A DNA stretch of 64,000 nt, from contig JACAEX010000043.1 of the NCBI GenBank assembly GCA_013388635.1, positions 44,073 to 108,072 of the forward strand, read 5' to 3'. The position numbers were made by a program, and so were the translations under genes. This stretch comes from Syntrophaceae bacterium. GTDB taxonomy: Bacteria; Desulfobacterota; BSN033; UBA1163. The notes under the pieces were generated by a model. It made no database searches. It was not told the origin of the DNA and saw only the letters and a program-made list of their open reading frames with translations. Below, in pieces: positions 11,004 through 21,193 of this stretch (within the stretch, counting starts at the first letter, position 1; each line of letters begins with the position of its first letter).

Positions 11004-11840
11004 ATGGAGGAGAAGATCATCGTCACGGCTGCTCTGACAGGTTCCCGACCGACAAAGGAGATGAACCCTGCTGTCCCCTACTCCCCCAAGGAGATCGTCG
11101 AGGCCGCTGTGGAATGTCATCAGGCAGGAGCAGCCATTGTCCACATCCATGTCAGGGATCCAAAGACCGGACGGCCTGACTTCAAGATTGAACTCTTCAA
11201 GGAGGTCCTGGAAGGCATCCGTGAGCGGTGCGATCTTCTAGTCAACCTGACCACAAGCGGCCTCTTTCTCAGTGGGTCGGAGCTGATCTCGCAACGCCTT
11301 CAACCCGTGCACCTCAGGCCTGATCTCTGCTCCTTTGACCTAGGTTCCATAAACTTTCGGGACAGGGTCTTTGTCAATTCACCCGAGTGGGCTGAGGCTG
11401 CAGCCAAGTGCATGAAGGAGGAAGGAGTCAAGCCGGAGATAGAGGTCTTTGATGTGGGCCATATCTATCAAGCGATTGATCTCATCCAAAGGGGGCTGAT
11501 CGATGATCCTCCCTACTTCCAGCTCTGCATGGGAGTGAAGTGGGGCATGGAGGCCTCTCCTGAAAACCTCCTCTTCATGAAGAGCAAGCTTCCTGCGAAG
11601 GCTAAATGGTCTGTCCTCGGCGTGGCAAAGGACCAGCTCCCGATGATCACCATGGGCATCCTCTTAGGAGGAAATATTCGGGTCGGCTTTGAGGACAATC
11701 TATACCTGAAAAAAGGGGTACTGGCCTCGAGCAATGCCGAGATGGTGGAGATGGCCGTCGATCTGGCCGGACGTCTCGGCCGAGAGGTGGCCACCCCGGA
11801 GGAAGCCCGAAAGATCCTCGGCATCAAGAGGAGTCCTTAG
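11004..11840 (+). CDS. Beta-keto acid cleavage enzyme (Kce/BKACE, DUF849)
   Basis: [38 protein letters not shown]. Confidence 0.92.
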   Translation: MEEKIIVTAALTGSRPTKEMNPAVPYSPKEIVEAAVECHQAGAAIVHIHVRDPKTGRPDFKIELFKEVLEGIRERCDLLVNLTTSGLFLSGSELISQRLQPVHLRPDLCSFDLGSINFRDRVFVNSPEWAEAAAKCMKEEGVKPEIEVFDVGHIYQAIDLIQRGLIDDPPYFQLCMGVKWGMEASPENLLFMKSKLPAKAKWSVLGVAKDQLPMITMGILLGGNIRVGFEDNLYLKKGVLASSNAEMVEMAVDLAGRLGREVATPEEARKILGIKRSP

Positions 11841-11926
11841 GTGACGAAGAATATCAAGAATCAGTAAGTCTTCCAGAGATGGGGGACCCCTACCACCTTT
11901 GAAACAGAAAAGGCATCCTTCCGGAA

Positions 11927-12415
11927 TCATCTTCGGAATTTTCCGAGGAAGAGGAGACAGAGGTCTCGGATCGTATAGCCGATCATAATGGCCCCGGAGA
12001 TGGGGATGGACATGTACCAGAGCGTCCTTGGGAACTCTAAGATCGGGGATCGATCGGTTGCCTGAAGCGCAACCAGTCCTCCTTGATAGGTAAATACCAG
12101 CAAGAAGACGAGCGATAAGAAACCGAGGAAGATTTCGAGTCCCTTTCCCCATTTCTTGCCGGCCAGTCGTTCAGGAACCACGTCCACACGGAAATGACTT
12201 CTTGCCCTCCAGAGGACCGCCGCTCCAAGAAAGACCATCCAAGCAAAGCCAAACTCTATGATCTCATCCGCCCATCCCATGGAGGAGATGGGGACAAACC
12301 TCACGAATACGCCGGCAGAAACGAAAAAGAGCAAACCCACCAGACAAATGACACTTCCCCACCTCATCAGAAGGGCAAGCATCTGCTCTGCCTTCTTCAA
12401 GGTCTCCCTTCCCAT
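11927..12415 (-). CDS. dctQ: TRAP small permease DctQ
   Basis: 4 TM segments, WADEI, WMVFLGAA, HFRVD. Confidence 0.88.
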   Translation of the reverse strand: MGRETLKKAEQMLALLMRWGSVICLVGLLFFVSAGVFVRFVPISSMGWADEIIEFGFAWMVFLGAAVLWRARSHFRVDVVPERLAGKKWGKGLEIFLGFLSLVFLLVFTYQGGLVALQATDRSPILEFPRTLWYMSIPISGAIMIGYTIRDLCLLFLGKFRR

Positions 12416-12429
12416 CTTTCACTTCCTCA

Positions 12430-13719
12430 CTATTCAGCTCCCATCAATAGATTCGGAAGCCAGGTGACCAGTCCGGGGATATAGGTGATCAGTCCCAGGG
12501 ATGTCATGATGGCAACGATATACCACTTCAGCTCAGAGGCCAGCTCCCAGAGGGGAACTCTGCCCACACTTGAAACCGCATAGAGGACCATTCCCACCGG
12601 AGGTGTTAAGAGACCGACCATCAAATTGAGTGTCATGATCACACCGAAATGAACCGGATCGATCCCGATTTTGGTGATGAGCGGCATAAAAACGGGAATC
12701 GTCAAAAGCATCACCGAGATCCCTTCCATGAAGCAACCGAGGACGAGAAGGATGATATTGATGATCAGAAGGATGACCCACGGGTTTCTACTCAATGTCA
12801 TCAGACTCTTAACCACCGCCTCAGGAACCCTCTGATGGATGAGAAGCCATCCGAAGATGCCTGCGGCGGATATGATGAACATCACCCGAATGGTATGTTC
12901 TAACGTCTCCCAGAAGATTCTGGGAAGGTCGTTTATCCTGATCTCCCTGTATATCAAAACGCTCAGGATGAGGGCATAGATGACAGCCGCCACCGAAGCC
13001 TCGGTCGGTGTGAAGATCCCGGCCAGTATGCCACCGATGATAATGAGCGGGGTGATCATGGCAGACGAGGCCTTCAGCGCGGAATCCATCAGTTCCCGAA
13101 AGGTAGCCCTCCTCTCTCTCGGATAGTTTCTCCGGCCCGAGATGATATAGACCGTGATCATCATCCCTATGCCCATGATGAAGCCAGGGATGAAACCTCC
13201 CAAGAAGAGCCTGCCCACCGAGGTGCCTGTAATGCTTCCGAAGATGACAAAGGGAATGCTCGGAGGGATGACAGGGCCGATGGTGGAAGAGGCGGCCGTA
13301 ACCGCTGCACTAAATCTCCGATCGAACCCCGCCTTGGTCATGGCTTCCATCTCCACCATCCCGATGCCTGCTGCATCCGCTACAGCAGCGCCCGACATCC
13401 CGGCAAAGATCATGCTATTGACCACGTTGACATGGCCAAGGCCTCCCTGGATATGCCCGACCAGACATTGAGCAAATCGGAAGATTCGAGTGGTCATCCC
13501 ACCCGTATTCATCAGGTTGCCGACGAGAATAAAAAATGGAATGGCCAGGAGAGGAAAACCTGTGGTGCTGGAGTACATTCTTGCGGGAACCATACATAAG
13601 ACATCGATCTCGCCCAACACCACGAAAAAGATCACTGCCGTCAAACCCATGGACACAGCGATGGGGAGTCCGATCATGATAAAAAAAAGCAGTACCCCAA
13701 AGATGGCAGCGGTCATCAT
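12430..13719 (-). CDS. dctM: TRAP large permease DctM
   Basis: LLAIPFFIL, GMSGAAVADAA, IPPSIP, FTPTEA, TPPVG. Confidence 0.93.
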   Translation of the reverse strand: MMTAAIFGVLLFFIMIGLPIAVSMGLTAVIFFVVLGEIDVLCMVPARMYSSTTGFPLLAIPFFILVGNLMNTGGMTTRIFRFAQCLVGHIQGGLGHVNVVNSMIFAGMSGAAVADAAGIGMVEMEAMTKAGFDRRFSAAVTAASSTIGPVIPPSIPFVIFGSITGTSVGRLFLGGFIPGFIMGIGMMITVYIISGRRNYPRERRATFRELMDSALKASSAMITPLIIIGGILAGIFTPTEASVAAVIYALILSVLIYREIRINDLPRIFWETLEHTIRVMFIISAAGIFGWLLIHQRVPEAVVKSLMTLSRNPWVILLIINIILLVLGCFMEGISVMLLTIPVFMPLITKIGIDPVHFGVIMTLNLMVGLLTPPVGMVLYAVSSVGRVPLWELASELKWYIVAIMTSLGLITYIPGLVTWLPNLLMGAE

Positions 13720-13761
13720 GGCAGTTTTCTCTACTTCGTCATTTGCCTTTTATTGATGAAT

Positions 13762-13796
13762 CCCCCAACCCACCTTTCGCAAGGGCGGATTGGGGG
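13762..13796. repeat. REP-like hairpin between dctP and dctM
   Basis: CCCCCAA ... TTGGGGG arms with an inner CCTT/AAGG stem. Confidence 0.55.
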
Positions 13797-13825
13797 TCTA
13801 AATTCTTCTCTGTGAAAGATTGTTC

Positions 13826-14827
13826 TTACTTCTTTCTCGCGGCCTCCACATAGGTCATGAATTTCTTCACATTCTCCTCCCCTGCATATTTCCCGATCCT
13901 CTCATAGGCCGGCCCCATGGCAGCGCGGAAGAGTGAAAGATCGGGTCGGGTCACTTTCATCCCGGCCTTCTCCATCTTGGCGATCTGATCGGCCTCCTCG
14001 GCTACGATAGATTTCCGCATATAGGCCCCTGCTGCTTTGCTCTCCTCTCTGAAGATCTTCTTCTGTTCCGGCGTCAGTTTGGCCCAGGCCTTCGCACTGA
14101 CCACATGGACCATACAATTGTAGACATGGCGGGTGAGGGCGAGGTGCTTCTGAACTTCGTAAAACTTGTTGTGATAGATGACAGCGATTGGATTCTCCTG
14201 CGCATCGACCACATTCTGTGCAAGGGCCATGTATACCTCAGGGAATGCGATCTTGGTCACAATTCCTCCCAAGGCCTCCATGGCTGCCTGAAGCTGAATC
14301 TCCGGAGGGGTGCGAATCTTTAGACCTTTGACATCATCGGGTTTTAAAATGGGCCTTTTGTTGTTCGTGAGATTCCGAAATCCCCATTCCCAGTTGGAGA
14401 GCACGATAAAGCCCGCCTTCTCGGCAAGCGGAGCAAACCAATCCATCGATGGCCCATCCAGGGTCCGGTAGACATGGTCGTAATCGTCATACACGAAAGG
14501 GAGCATCACGACAGAAAAGGCTTTCACATACTTATCCAGAGCTCCCTGTGTAGGAAGGCCCATATCGATGGCACCGAGCCTCACCTGCTCGCATTGCTCC
14601 GGAGGAGATCCCAGGATATTAGCGGGGTAGATGGTGATCTTCACCTGCCCCTTGGTCCGCTCTTCCACCTTTGCAGCAAATTGCTTGGCTGCCAAATGAC
14701 TGGGATGGGTCTCCTCACCATAATGGGCAAACCTCATGGAGATGACCTGGGCCTCTGCCCCCGGCCACCCCAAAAGAAGTAGAGCCAGCACCATCAATCC
14801 AATCAAGACAAACCGACGTGACTTCAT
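13826..14827 (-). CDS. dctP: TRAP substrate-binding protein DctP
   Basis: Signal peptide, WGFRNLT, KGLKIRT, EVYMALAQNVVDAQEN; start after GGAGG. Confidence 0.93.
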   Translation of the reverse strand: MKSRRFVLIGLMVLALLLLGWPGAEAQVISMRFAHYGEETHPSHLAAKQFAAKVEERTKGQVKITIYPANILGSPPEQCEQVRLGAIDMGLPTQGALDKYVKAFSVVMLPFVYDDYDHVYRTLDGPSMDWFAPLAEKAGFIVLSNWEWGFRNLTNNKRPILKPDDVKGLKIRTPPEIQLQAAMEALGGIVTKIAFPEVYMALAQNVVDAQENPIAVIYHNKFYEVQKHLALTRHVYNCMVHVVSAKAWAKLTPEQKKIFREESKAAGAYMRKSIVAEEADQIAKMEKAGMKVTRPDLSLFRAAMGPAYERIGKYAGEENVKKFMTYVEAARKK

Positions 14828-14882
14828 ACCTACAACCTCCTTTCTTTTTTGTGTGATCCTTCTGATCACAAGATTGTGTCAT

Positions 14883-14915
14883 AAATTTGAAATTTGAAAT
14901 TTGCAATTTGCAATT
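14883..14915. repeat. 7-bp tandem repeat (AAATTTG)3 CAATTTG CAATT
   Basis: Directly visible intergenic tract. Confidence 0.8.
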
Positions 14916-14917
14916 CT

Positions 14918-15295
14918 TTACGCCTCCCCCCTTTCTTTCAGAGCAGCCTTCAGTTTTTGGAGCCAATCCTCCCTGGGAGGGCAGAAGATGTCGATCCCTT
15001 TGAACCCGGTCTTCGTCTCGCCTCCGTGCATCACATTGGGTGGATGGATGCAGATGTCACCCGCCTTCATCAGAAACTTCTCCTCTCCGCAGATATGATC
15101 TTCCTCACCTTCGAGAAGGATGAGGATCTGCTCAGAGGGATGGCTGTGAAGCGGAAAGACACATCCAGGAGGGTTCTCGATAAAACTGAGCAGGGCTCTG
15201 TCTGTGCTCACCATATGGCTTTTCGATTTCTCCGTTAACCAAACCACTGGCAAGTTCTCGATGCGATAGAAATATCTCGGTTTTTTTGCAGCCAT
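14918..15295 (-). CDS. Cupin, KdgF-like
   Basis: HSHPSEQ ... PPNVMHG, with C-terminal IDIFCPPREDWL resembling the KdgF family; next to a kduI-like gene and kduD. Confidence 0.7.
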   Translation of the reverse strand: MAAKKPRYFYRIENLPVVWLTEKSKSHMVSTDRALLSFIENPPGCVFPLHSHPSEQILILLEGEEDHICGEEKFLMKAGDICIHPPNVMHGGETKTGFKGIDIFCPPREDWLQKLKAALKERGEA

Positions 15296-15319
15296 AATCT
15301 CCTCCTTCCTCTGCTGAGA

Positions 15320-16111
15320 CTAAAAGAGCTTGAAGCGGCCATCGAACTCCGGTTGCACGGTCACCTGGGTAAAGACCCGGTCCTTCTCCTCTCTGATCGC
15401 TGCCATCATCCATAGAAACCCGGTGCTCGTTCCAGGGCTGGCCACATTGTAATGGTAGCCTTTCTTAATGGCCACGGCGTCCCCTTCCCAGACCGGCACC
15501 ACCATCTCCATATCTCTGTAATCGGTATAATTGAGGTGAATGGAAAAGTTTGGAGAGGGCATATCGATGTAGAGATAGATCTCCTCTTTCTCCTTTGAGT
15601 GGTCGTGAGGTGGCCAGCTCGTCCAGTTTCCGTCCTTGCTGAAAGTGACCCCTGCCAAGAGTCGAGAGGCCTGGACATTCTTCTCGCCGATCAGAGTGTG
15701 CAACTTCCGGGCATAGGGTTGAAACCCAGCCTCTTTCGCCAGATCTGGGTCTTTCAGGATCTCCTCAAATCTGACGAATTGGACAGGGAACCTCTTGCTC
15801 GAAGGCGCAGCGACCTCAGCCAGATCAAACGTTCCATTTGAAGAGATCGCGCATCGACTTTCCCTCGGCAGATAGAGGGCGTCATACTTGCCAAGGGAAT
15901 ACCTTTTCCCGCCGGCCTCGATCGTCCCGCTCCCTCTTAAACAGACGAACCCGATCTCCTCATCAAGGGAATCGACTTCTATCTGGCCGCCCTTCTCTCC
16001 AAAGACGATGCGGCCATACCTCAGAAACTCAAGACCCGTGTTATATTGATGGATGATCCGCTTCCTTCCCTGAACCCGGTGGGTCCCTCTGAATAACCAG
16101 GCATGACTCAT
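15320..16111 (-). CDS. iolB: IolB/KduI-family uronate isomerase (5-deoxy-glucuronate isomerase-like)
   Basis: GNWTSWPPHDH, EEIYLY, GYH motifs. Confidence 0.82.
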   Translation of the reverse strand: MSHAWLFRGTHRVQGRKRIIHQYNTGLEFLRYGRIVFGEKGGQIEVDSLDEEIGFVCLRGSGTIEAGGKRYSLGKYDALYLPRESRCAISSNGTFDLAEVAAPSSKRFPVQFVRFEEILKDPDLAKEAGFQPYARKLHTLIGEKNVQASRLLAGVTFSKDGNWTSWPPHDHSKEKEEIYLYIDMPSPNFSIHLNYTDYRDMEMVVPVWEGDAVAIKKGYHYNVASPGTSTGFLWMMAAIREEKDRVFTQVTVQPEFDGRFKLF

Positions 16112-16167
16112 GATTTTATGCCTCCTTCTCCTCTCAATCTAACTTGATCTAATGTGAATCAAATGAG

Positions 16168-16233
16168 AGTTTGGAACATTTGAATTTAGAATTTCTGTAT
16201 TGTTTCGGATTTCGAATTTCGTGCTTCGAATTT
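16168..16233. repeat. Half copy of an AT-rich MITE-like element related to 41927-42058
   Basis: Reverse complement AAATTCGAAGCACGAAATTCGAAATCCGAAACAA closely matches AAATTCGAAGCACAAAATCCGAATTTCGAAACAA at 41927. Confidence 0.7.
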
Positions 16234-16237
16234 GACG

Positions 16238-17005
16238 TTACATACTCAACCAGCCTCCATCCACATAGATGGTCTGGCCGGTCACATAGTCCGATGCATC
16301 CGAGGCCAAGAAGATGGCCGCTCCCACCAGATCCTCTGGATCCGCCCAGCGGCCCAAGGGGATTCGGCCTGTGATTTCGGCATAACGTTCCTTGTCCTGT
16401 TGAAGCGGTACGGTCAGGTCGGTTCTCACCCAGCCCGGCCCGATCGCATTGACCAGGATATTATATTTTGCCCAGTCGTTCGCCATGGACTTGGTCACTT
16501 GTGCCAATCCACCCTTGCTGGCTGCGTAGGCGGGTACCCTCTTTCCTCCCTGAACAGCGGCGAGGGAGGAGATATTAATGATCTTTCCTTTCCTCCTCTG
16601 GGAGATCATCACCCTGGCCACCGCCTGTGCAAGAAAAAACGGTCCTTTGAGATTGGTCGCGATCGTCTCATCCCAGTCTTTCTCTGTATATTCTTCACAA
16701 GGGTTGCGCCGGATCACTCCTGCGTTGTTGAAAAGAAAATCGATCTTCCCAAATTCCTTCACCGTTCGATCCACGAGGTTCTTGATCTCTCCCATGTTCG
16801 AGACATCCGCCTGAAGGGGAATGACAGGTCCACCGAATTTCCGGATCTCATCCGCTGCTTTTTCCAGTCTCTCTTTATTTCGACCGACCATCACAATCTC
16901 ACCACCGGCTTGGACAAGACCTTTGGCCATCGCCTTTCCGATCCCTGATCCGGCCCCTGTCACGATCCCGCTCCTCCCTTTTAAACTGAACATCTCAAGA
17001 ATCAT
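16238..17005 (-). CDS. kduD: SDR oxidoreductase, 2-dehydro-3-deoxy-D-gluconate 5-dehydrogenase-like
   Basis: TGAGSGIG, NNAG, GGKRVPAYAASKGG, NDWAKYNILVNAIGPG, VDGGWL. Confidence 0.8.
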   Translation of the reverse strand: MILEMFSLKGRSGIVTGAGSGIGKAMAKGLVQAGGEIVMVGRNKERLEKAADEIRKFGGPVIPLQADVSNMGEIKNLVDRTVKEFGKIDFLFNNAGVIRRNPCEEYTEKDWDETIATNLKGPFFLAQAVARVMISQRRKGKIINISSLAAVQGGKRVPAYAASKGGLAQVTKSMANDWAKYNILVNAIGPGWVRTDLTVPLQQDKERYAEITGRIPLGRWADPEDLVGAAIFLASDASDYVTGQTIYVDGGWLSM

Positions 17006-17016
17006 CTCCCTCTCCT

Positions 17017-18060
17017 TTAGGACACTCTGATCAAGAATTTGAGATAGCGATCGGGCTGCTCTTCCAGGAGGCGAAAGGCCTCGCCGGTCTTCTCCAGACC
17101 GAACTCCTTTGATATGAGAAGATCCGGATGAAATCTCCCCCGGGACATCAAACTCAGGGCTCGCGGAAAGTCGCCCAATGTCACTCTGGACCCGACCAGT
17201 TGAATCTCCTTCTCCACGAATCCCTTCCAGAAAACAGGGCTGGATTGTGAACCCATCCCCATCACCACGATACGGCCTCCGTGGCGAGCCATGCGAACCG
17301 CCTGTTCAACAGGCATCTCCCTTCCTTTGATCTCCACTGCCGTCCCTACAGTCTCTATCACGCGATCGACCCCAAACCCGCTGGTAATGGAAAGGATCCT
17401 TTCGCAGGGGTCTTCTTTCAGAGCATTGATCGTCAGGTCAGCCCCCAATCTCTTGGCGATCTCAAGACGATTTTCTAAGATATCGACGGAACAGACCCAG
17501 GAAGCCCCGGTCTGCCGGATCACCTCCAGAACCGAGAGCCCCAATCGCCCTGCACCTAAAATGACCACACGATCCCCGGGTTCAATCATGGCCCGGCGAG
17601 TGGAATGAACACCGATGCTATACAGTTCGACCAGCACAGCCTCTCTTAAAGACATTTCTTCAGGGATCTTAAAGACCTTATCCGCATCGGCAACCACATA
17701 TTCTGAAAAGGCCCCATCGACATCCACTCCGATCAGTTTCAGAAAATGGCAGGCATTATTATTTCCGTTGAGGCAGGCAGGGCATCGATTGCACCAGATG
17801 ATCGGATCCACCACTACCCGATCCCCCTCCCTAAGATGGGAGACACCCTCTCCCACGGATTCCACCACCCCTGAACACTCATGGCCGAGGATTCGGGGAT
17901 AGGTCACCCGTGGTTTGAACTCCCCGAGGTAGATATGGAGATCTGTGCCGCAGATGCTCGCCCAGTGAACCCGGACGAGGACCTGACCTCTCCCGGGGTG
18001 AGGTTCGGGAACTTCCTCGAATCGAATCTCCTTATCATCTATGAGAACAGAGGCCTTCAT
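17017..18060 (-). CDS. Zn-dependent MDR dehydrogenase (sorbitol/idonate/galactonate dehydrogenase-like)
   Basis: ICGTDLH, GHE, CNRCPAC...C structural Zn site, GAGRLG. Confidence 0.88.
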   Translation of the reverse strand: MKASVLIDDKEIRFEEVPEPHPGRGQVLVRVHWASICGTDLHIYLGEFKPRVTYPRILGHECSGVVESVGEGVSHLREGDRVVVDPIIWCNRCPACLNGNNNACHFLKLIGVDVDGAFSEYVVADADKVFKIPEEMSLREAVLVELYSIGVHSTRRAMIEPGDRVVILGAGRLGLSVLEVIRQTGASWVCSVDILENRLEIAKRLGADLTINALKEDPCERILSITSGFGVDRVIETVGTAVEIKGREMPVEQAVRMARHGGRIVVMGMGSQSSPVFWKGFVEKEIQLVGSRVTLGDFPRALSLMSRGRFHPDLLISKEFGLEKTGEAFRLLEEQPDRYLKFLIRVS

Positions 18061-18071
18061 TTGAATCTCCC

Positions 18072-19598
18072 TCAATCGATCCTTTCCTTTTCGGCGACCG
18101 AGGCCATCTTCTCCTCCTTCTCCATCGCCCTTTTGATCCGATAGTAAGAGGTGATGATGATAAATATCCCGATGAAGATGAAGGCCGCACTGATCGGCCG
18201 CGTGATGAATATCAATGGATCACCATGGGAGATGATCAGAGACCTTCGTAGGTTCTGCTCGACCATGGGCCCGAGGATCAACGCAAGCAGGATGGGCGAC
18301 CCCGGGAATCCATAGTAATTCATGAAGTAAGCAATGATCCCGATGATCAGAGAGACCCCCACATCGAAGAAGCTGAACCGCATGGCATAAGACCCGACCA
18401 CACAGAGAAGGAAGATGATCGGGGTCATCACTCGTCGATCAATATTGATCAGGCTAGCGAAGAATCTTGCCCCGCCCAATCCCACTCCTAACATCACAAA
18501 CTGGGCCAGGATCATCCCTGCAAAGATCGGGTAGACCACCTCAGGGTGATCCCTGAATAAGAGCGGGCCCGGCTGAAAATTATGGATCGTCAGAGCACCC
18601 ATCAATACGGCTGTCACCGCATCTCCAGGGACCCCTAAGGTCAACATGGGGATCATCGCACCGCCTGTCGCCCCGTTGTTCCCGCTCTCCGGTGCGGCCA
18701 CACCTTCGAGAATCCCTGTCCCGAACTTCTCAGGGTTTTTAGATGATCTTCGAGCCTCTCCATAAGAGACAAAGGCTGCGATATCACACCCTGTCCCGGG
18801 CACTGCACCGATGAAGGTACCCATCAGCGCTGATTTGACCATGGTCTTAAAGACACTCCCGATCTCTTTAAATTTTGGGATGATATTCTTTAACTCAGAC
18901 TTGACAGGGGGAAGGATGAGGATCTTCTCAATCCCTTGAAAGACCTGGGAATAACCAAAAAGCCCGATCAGCGCAGGGATGAAGGTAACCCCTCCAAGAA
19001 GTTCTGTTGAGTTAAAGGTCAACCGGGGGCAACCTGAGAGGGGATCGAAGCCGATCGTGGTGATCATCAATCCAAAGACTCCGGAGATCAGACCCTTTAG
19101 AATCGATTTCCCGGAGACCGTGATGATGATTCCAAGGCCGAAGAAGGCCAAGGCAAAAAACTCAGGAGGCCCAAACTTCAGCGCGATCTTTGCAATTTGC
19201 GGAGAGAGGAAACTCATGATCAAAGCTCCCACTGTCCCTCCAAAAAATGAGGCAATGGTGGCCATGCCAATCGCTTTGCCCGCCAATCCCTTCTTACAGA
19301 GTGGATGTCCGTCCAACACGGTCGCGGCAGCAGAAGGGGTGCCTGGAATACCGATGAGGATGGCTGAGATCGACCCGCCATAAATCCCGCCGGAGAAGAG
19401 CCCTAAGAGCATGAGCAGACCCTTCACCGGATCTAAACCAAAGGTGAAGGGGATCAAAAGGGCAACCCCCATGGTGGCTGTAAGACCGGGCAAGGCTCCA
19501 ACGATGATCCCTGATGTCACTCCGATAAAGACGAAAAGGAAATTGATCGGATCGAACATCACCTTTCCAAAGGCTTCAAAGAGAAGTTCAAGTTGCAA
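18072..19598 (-). CDS. tctA: TTT permease TctA
   Basis: GALPGL, YGGSI, GIPGTP, APESGNN, LGVPGD. Confidence 0.92.
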   Translation of the reverse strand: MQLELLFEAFGKVMFDPINFLFVFIGVTSGIIVGALPGLTATMGVALLIPFTFGLDPVKGLLMLLGLFSGGIYGGSISAILIGIPGTPSAAATVLDGHPLCKKGLAGKAIGMATIASFFGGTVGALIMSFLSPQIAKIALKFGPPEFFALAFFGLGIIITVSGKSILKGLISGVFGLMITTIGFDPLSGCPRLTFNSTELLGGVTFIPALIGLFGYSQVFQGIEKILILPPVKSELKNIIPKFKEIGSVFKTMVKSALMGTFIGAVPGTGCDIAAFVSYGEARRSSKNPEKFGTGILEGVAAPESGNNGATGGAMIPMLTLGVPGDAVTAVLMGALTIHNFQPGPLLFRDHPEVVYPIFAGMILAQFVMLGVGLGGARFFASLINIDRRVMTPIIFLLCVVGSYAMRFSFFDVGVSLIIGIIAYFMNYYGFPGSPILLALILGPMVEQNLRRSLIISHGDPLIFITRPISAAFIFIGIFIIITSYYRIKRAMEKEEKMASVAEKERID

Positions 19599-19613
19599 GT
19601 TCAGCCCCCTTAA

Positions 19614-20063
19614 TCAGAATAACAATCCCTCAGGCAAGGGAATGACCAGAAAATACCTGAATATTGACCAGACCAATATGGCAGTGGCCACCGAACTGAA
19701 TAGCCTGACTAAAATCCCCTTCTGTCTTAAAAAGGTCATCAGACCGAAAAGGAAGAGAAAGGTAGCCGTTGCAAAACCCAGGATATTCGTAAGAATGAGG
19801 TAACCGATACAGATAGCAATGGAGATGAGCATCCTCACAAACCCTTTCGGGTCGATCCTGTCGCCCATCTTGAGCGAATTTCCGAGCAATGCATTGACGA
19901 TGAGACTCAGGCCAAGGATGGCCATCATCACCGCGAGGACCCTTGGAAAGAAATCAGGCCCGTAACCATAGATCTCCTTGACCCGGTACCTTCCCACATA
20001 CCAGAAGAGCCATGTGCTCAGGATGAGCAACCCCACTCCGATACCGATATCTTCTCTCTTCAC
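19614..20063 (-). CDS. tctB: TTT small subunit TctB
   Basis: 4 TM segments, GPDFFP, IPLPEG. Confidence 0.85.
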   Translation of the reverse strand: MKREDIGIGVGLLILSTWLFWYVGRYRVKEIYGYGPDFFPRVLAVMMAILGLSLIVNALLGNSLKMGDRIDPKGFVRMLISIAICIGYLILTNILGFATATFLFLFGLMTFLRQKGILVRLFSSVATAILVWSIFRYFLVIPLPEGLLF

Positions 20064-20083
20064 GCTTCAACCCCTGTTCTTTG

Positions 20084-20111
20084 AAAAGGGGCGAAGGTCG
20101 GCCTCCGCCCC
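20084..20111 (-). terminator. Hairpin plus short U tract after tctC
   Basis: Minus strand GGGGCGGAGG-CCGA-CCTTCGCCCC-TTTT. Confidence 0.65.
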
Positions 20112-20122
20112 TCCTCAACAGT

Positions 20123-21100
20123 CTACTTCTTCTCCTTCAGCAATCCCACACTCTCCAGGGCAGGCCTCAGTGTCTCCTCCATCTCTTTGAGGAACTCTTC
20201 AAAGCCTTTTGGATCCCGGTAAGCCAGGGGCAGTCCCAGATCATGGGCCAACTTTTTGAATTCCGGATCATCGAAGCACTTCTTGAAACCATTGATCAGG
20301 ATCTGCATCCGATCTGCCGGAACCCCTTTTGGAGCGCCCAATCCTCGCCAGTCATAGATGATCTTTGGGTTGGGGTATCCAGCCTCGGCAATGGTTGGCA
20401 CATCCGGAAAGAGCCAATGCCTCTTCGTATCGTTGACGGCAAGGATCCTCACCTGACCCGCTCTGTAGAGCTGAAGCAATTCATCAATGCCTGTGGTGGC
20501 CACGGCGATATGACCGCCGACGACCGCGGTCCTCGTGGGTGCGGCTCCGTCGAAGGGAACGAAGTTAAATTTGACTCCTTCTCGGACCGCAATCGAAGCG
20601 AGGGCCAGATGCCAGCCTCCTCCTGCACCACTATGACCGGCTGTGACCACGCCCGGGTTCTTCTTGGCATACTCCATCAGATCCTTCAGTGTCTTAAACT
20701 TCGAATCCGCAGCGACCGAGATGGAGGCAGGGCTCTGGTTGAGCAGCTGGATCAACCCAAAATCCCTGTAAGAAAGATCCGCAAGCCCCATCATCCGGTA
20801 GGTGCTGAGCTGGAAGGTGATCAGGCCCACCGTATACCCATCGGGAACGGCCGTGGCCACTGCCCCCATTCCAACCGCGCCCATCCCTCCGGTCTTATTG
20901 ACCACGTTCACATTGACCCCAAAGTAGTTCTTCGCATTCTTAACCAGAGCCCTTGCAATGGTGTCGGTCCCTCCACCCGCAGCCCATGGAACGATCAGGG
21001 TGATATCCTTGGCAGGAAATTTTTGGGCCATACCATCAGGAGAGGTGAAGGTAATCAGGCCGGCCACGATCACGAAAATCAATCCCATTCTCTTCAACAT
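20123..21100 (-). CDS. tctC: TTT substrate-binding protein TctC
   Basis: FPAKDITLIVPWAAGGGTD, PDGYT, VPFDG, PDVPT. Confidence 0.92.
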   Translation of the reverse strand: MLKRMGLIFVIVAGLITFTSPDGMAQKFPAKDITLIVPWAAGGGTDTIARALVKNAKNYFGVNVNVVNKTGGMGAVGMGAVATAVPDGYTVGLITFQLSTYRMMGLADLSYRDFGLIQLLNQSPASISVAADSKFKTLKDLMEYAKKNPGVVTAGHSGAGGGWHLALASIAVREGVKFNFVPFDGAAPTRTAVVGGHIAVATTGIDELLQLYRAGQVRILAVNDTKRHWLFPDVPTIAEAGYPNPKIIYDWRGLGAPKGVPADRMQILINGFKKCFDDPEFKKLAHDLGLPLAYRDPKGFEEFLKEMEETLRPALESVGLLKEKK

Positions 21101-21193
21101 TGAAAACCCTCCTTTCTCGAAAGAATAAAAGACCTGGTCTACCTCTCAACAGATTTTCCTTCTTCATCTCTGCTTGCTGAACCACCCCCCTTC

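Noticed and set aside
16232-16948. 238-aa plus-strand ORF opposite kduD
   Set aside because: Codon-symmetric antisense shadow typical of SDR genes; no motifs of its own.
20081-21103. 340-aa plus-strand ORF opposite tctC (similarly 28788-29807, 33295-34086, 35096-35959, 40777-41541)
   Set aside because: Fully overlaps well-supported genes on the other strand; no recognisable domain.
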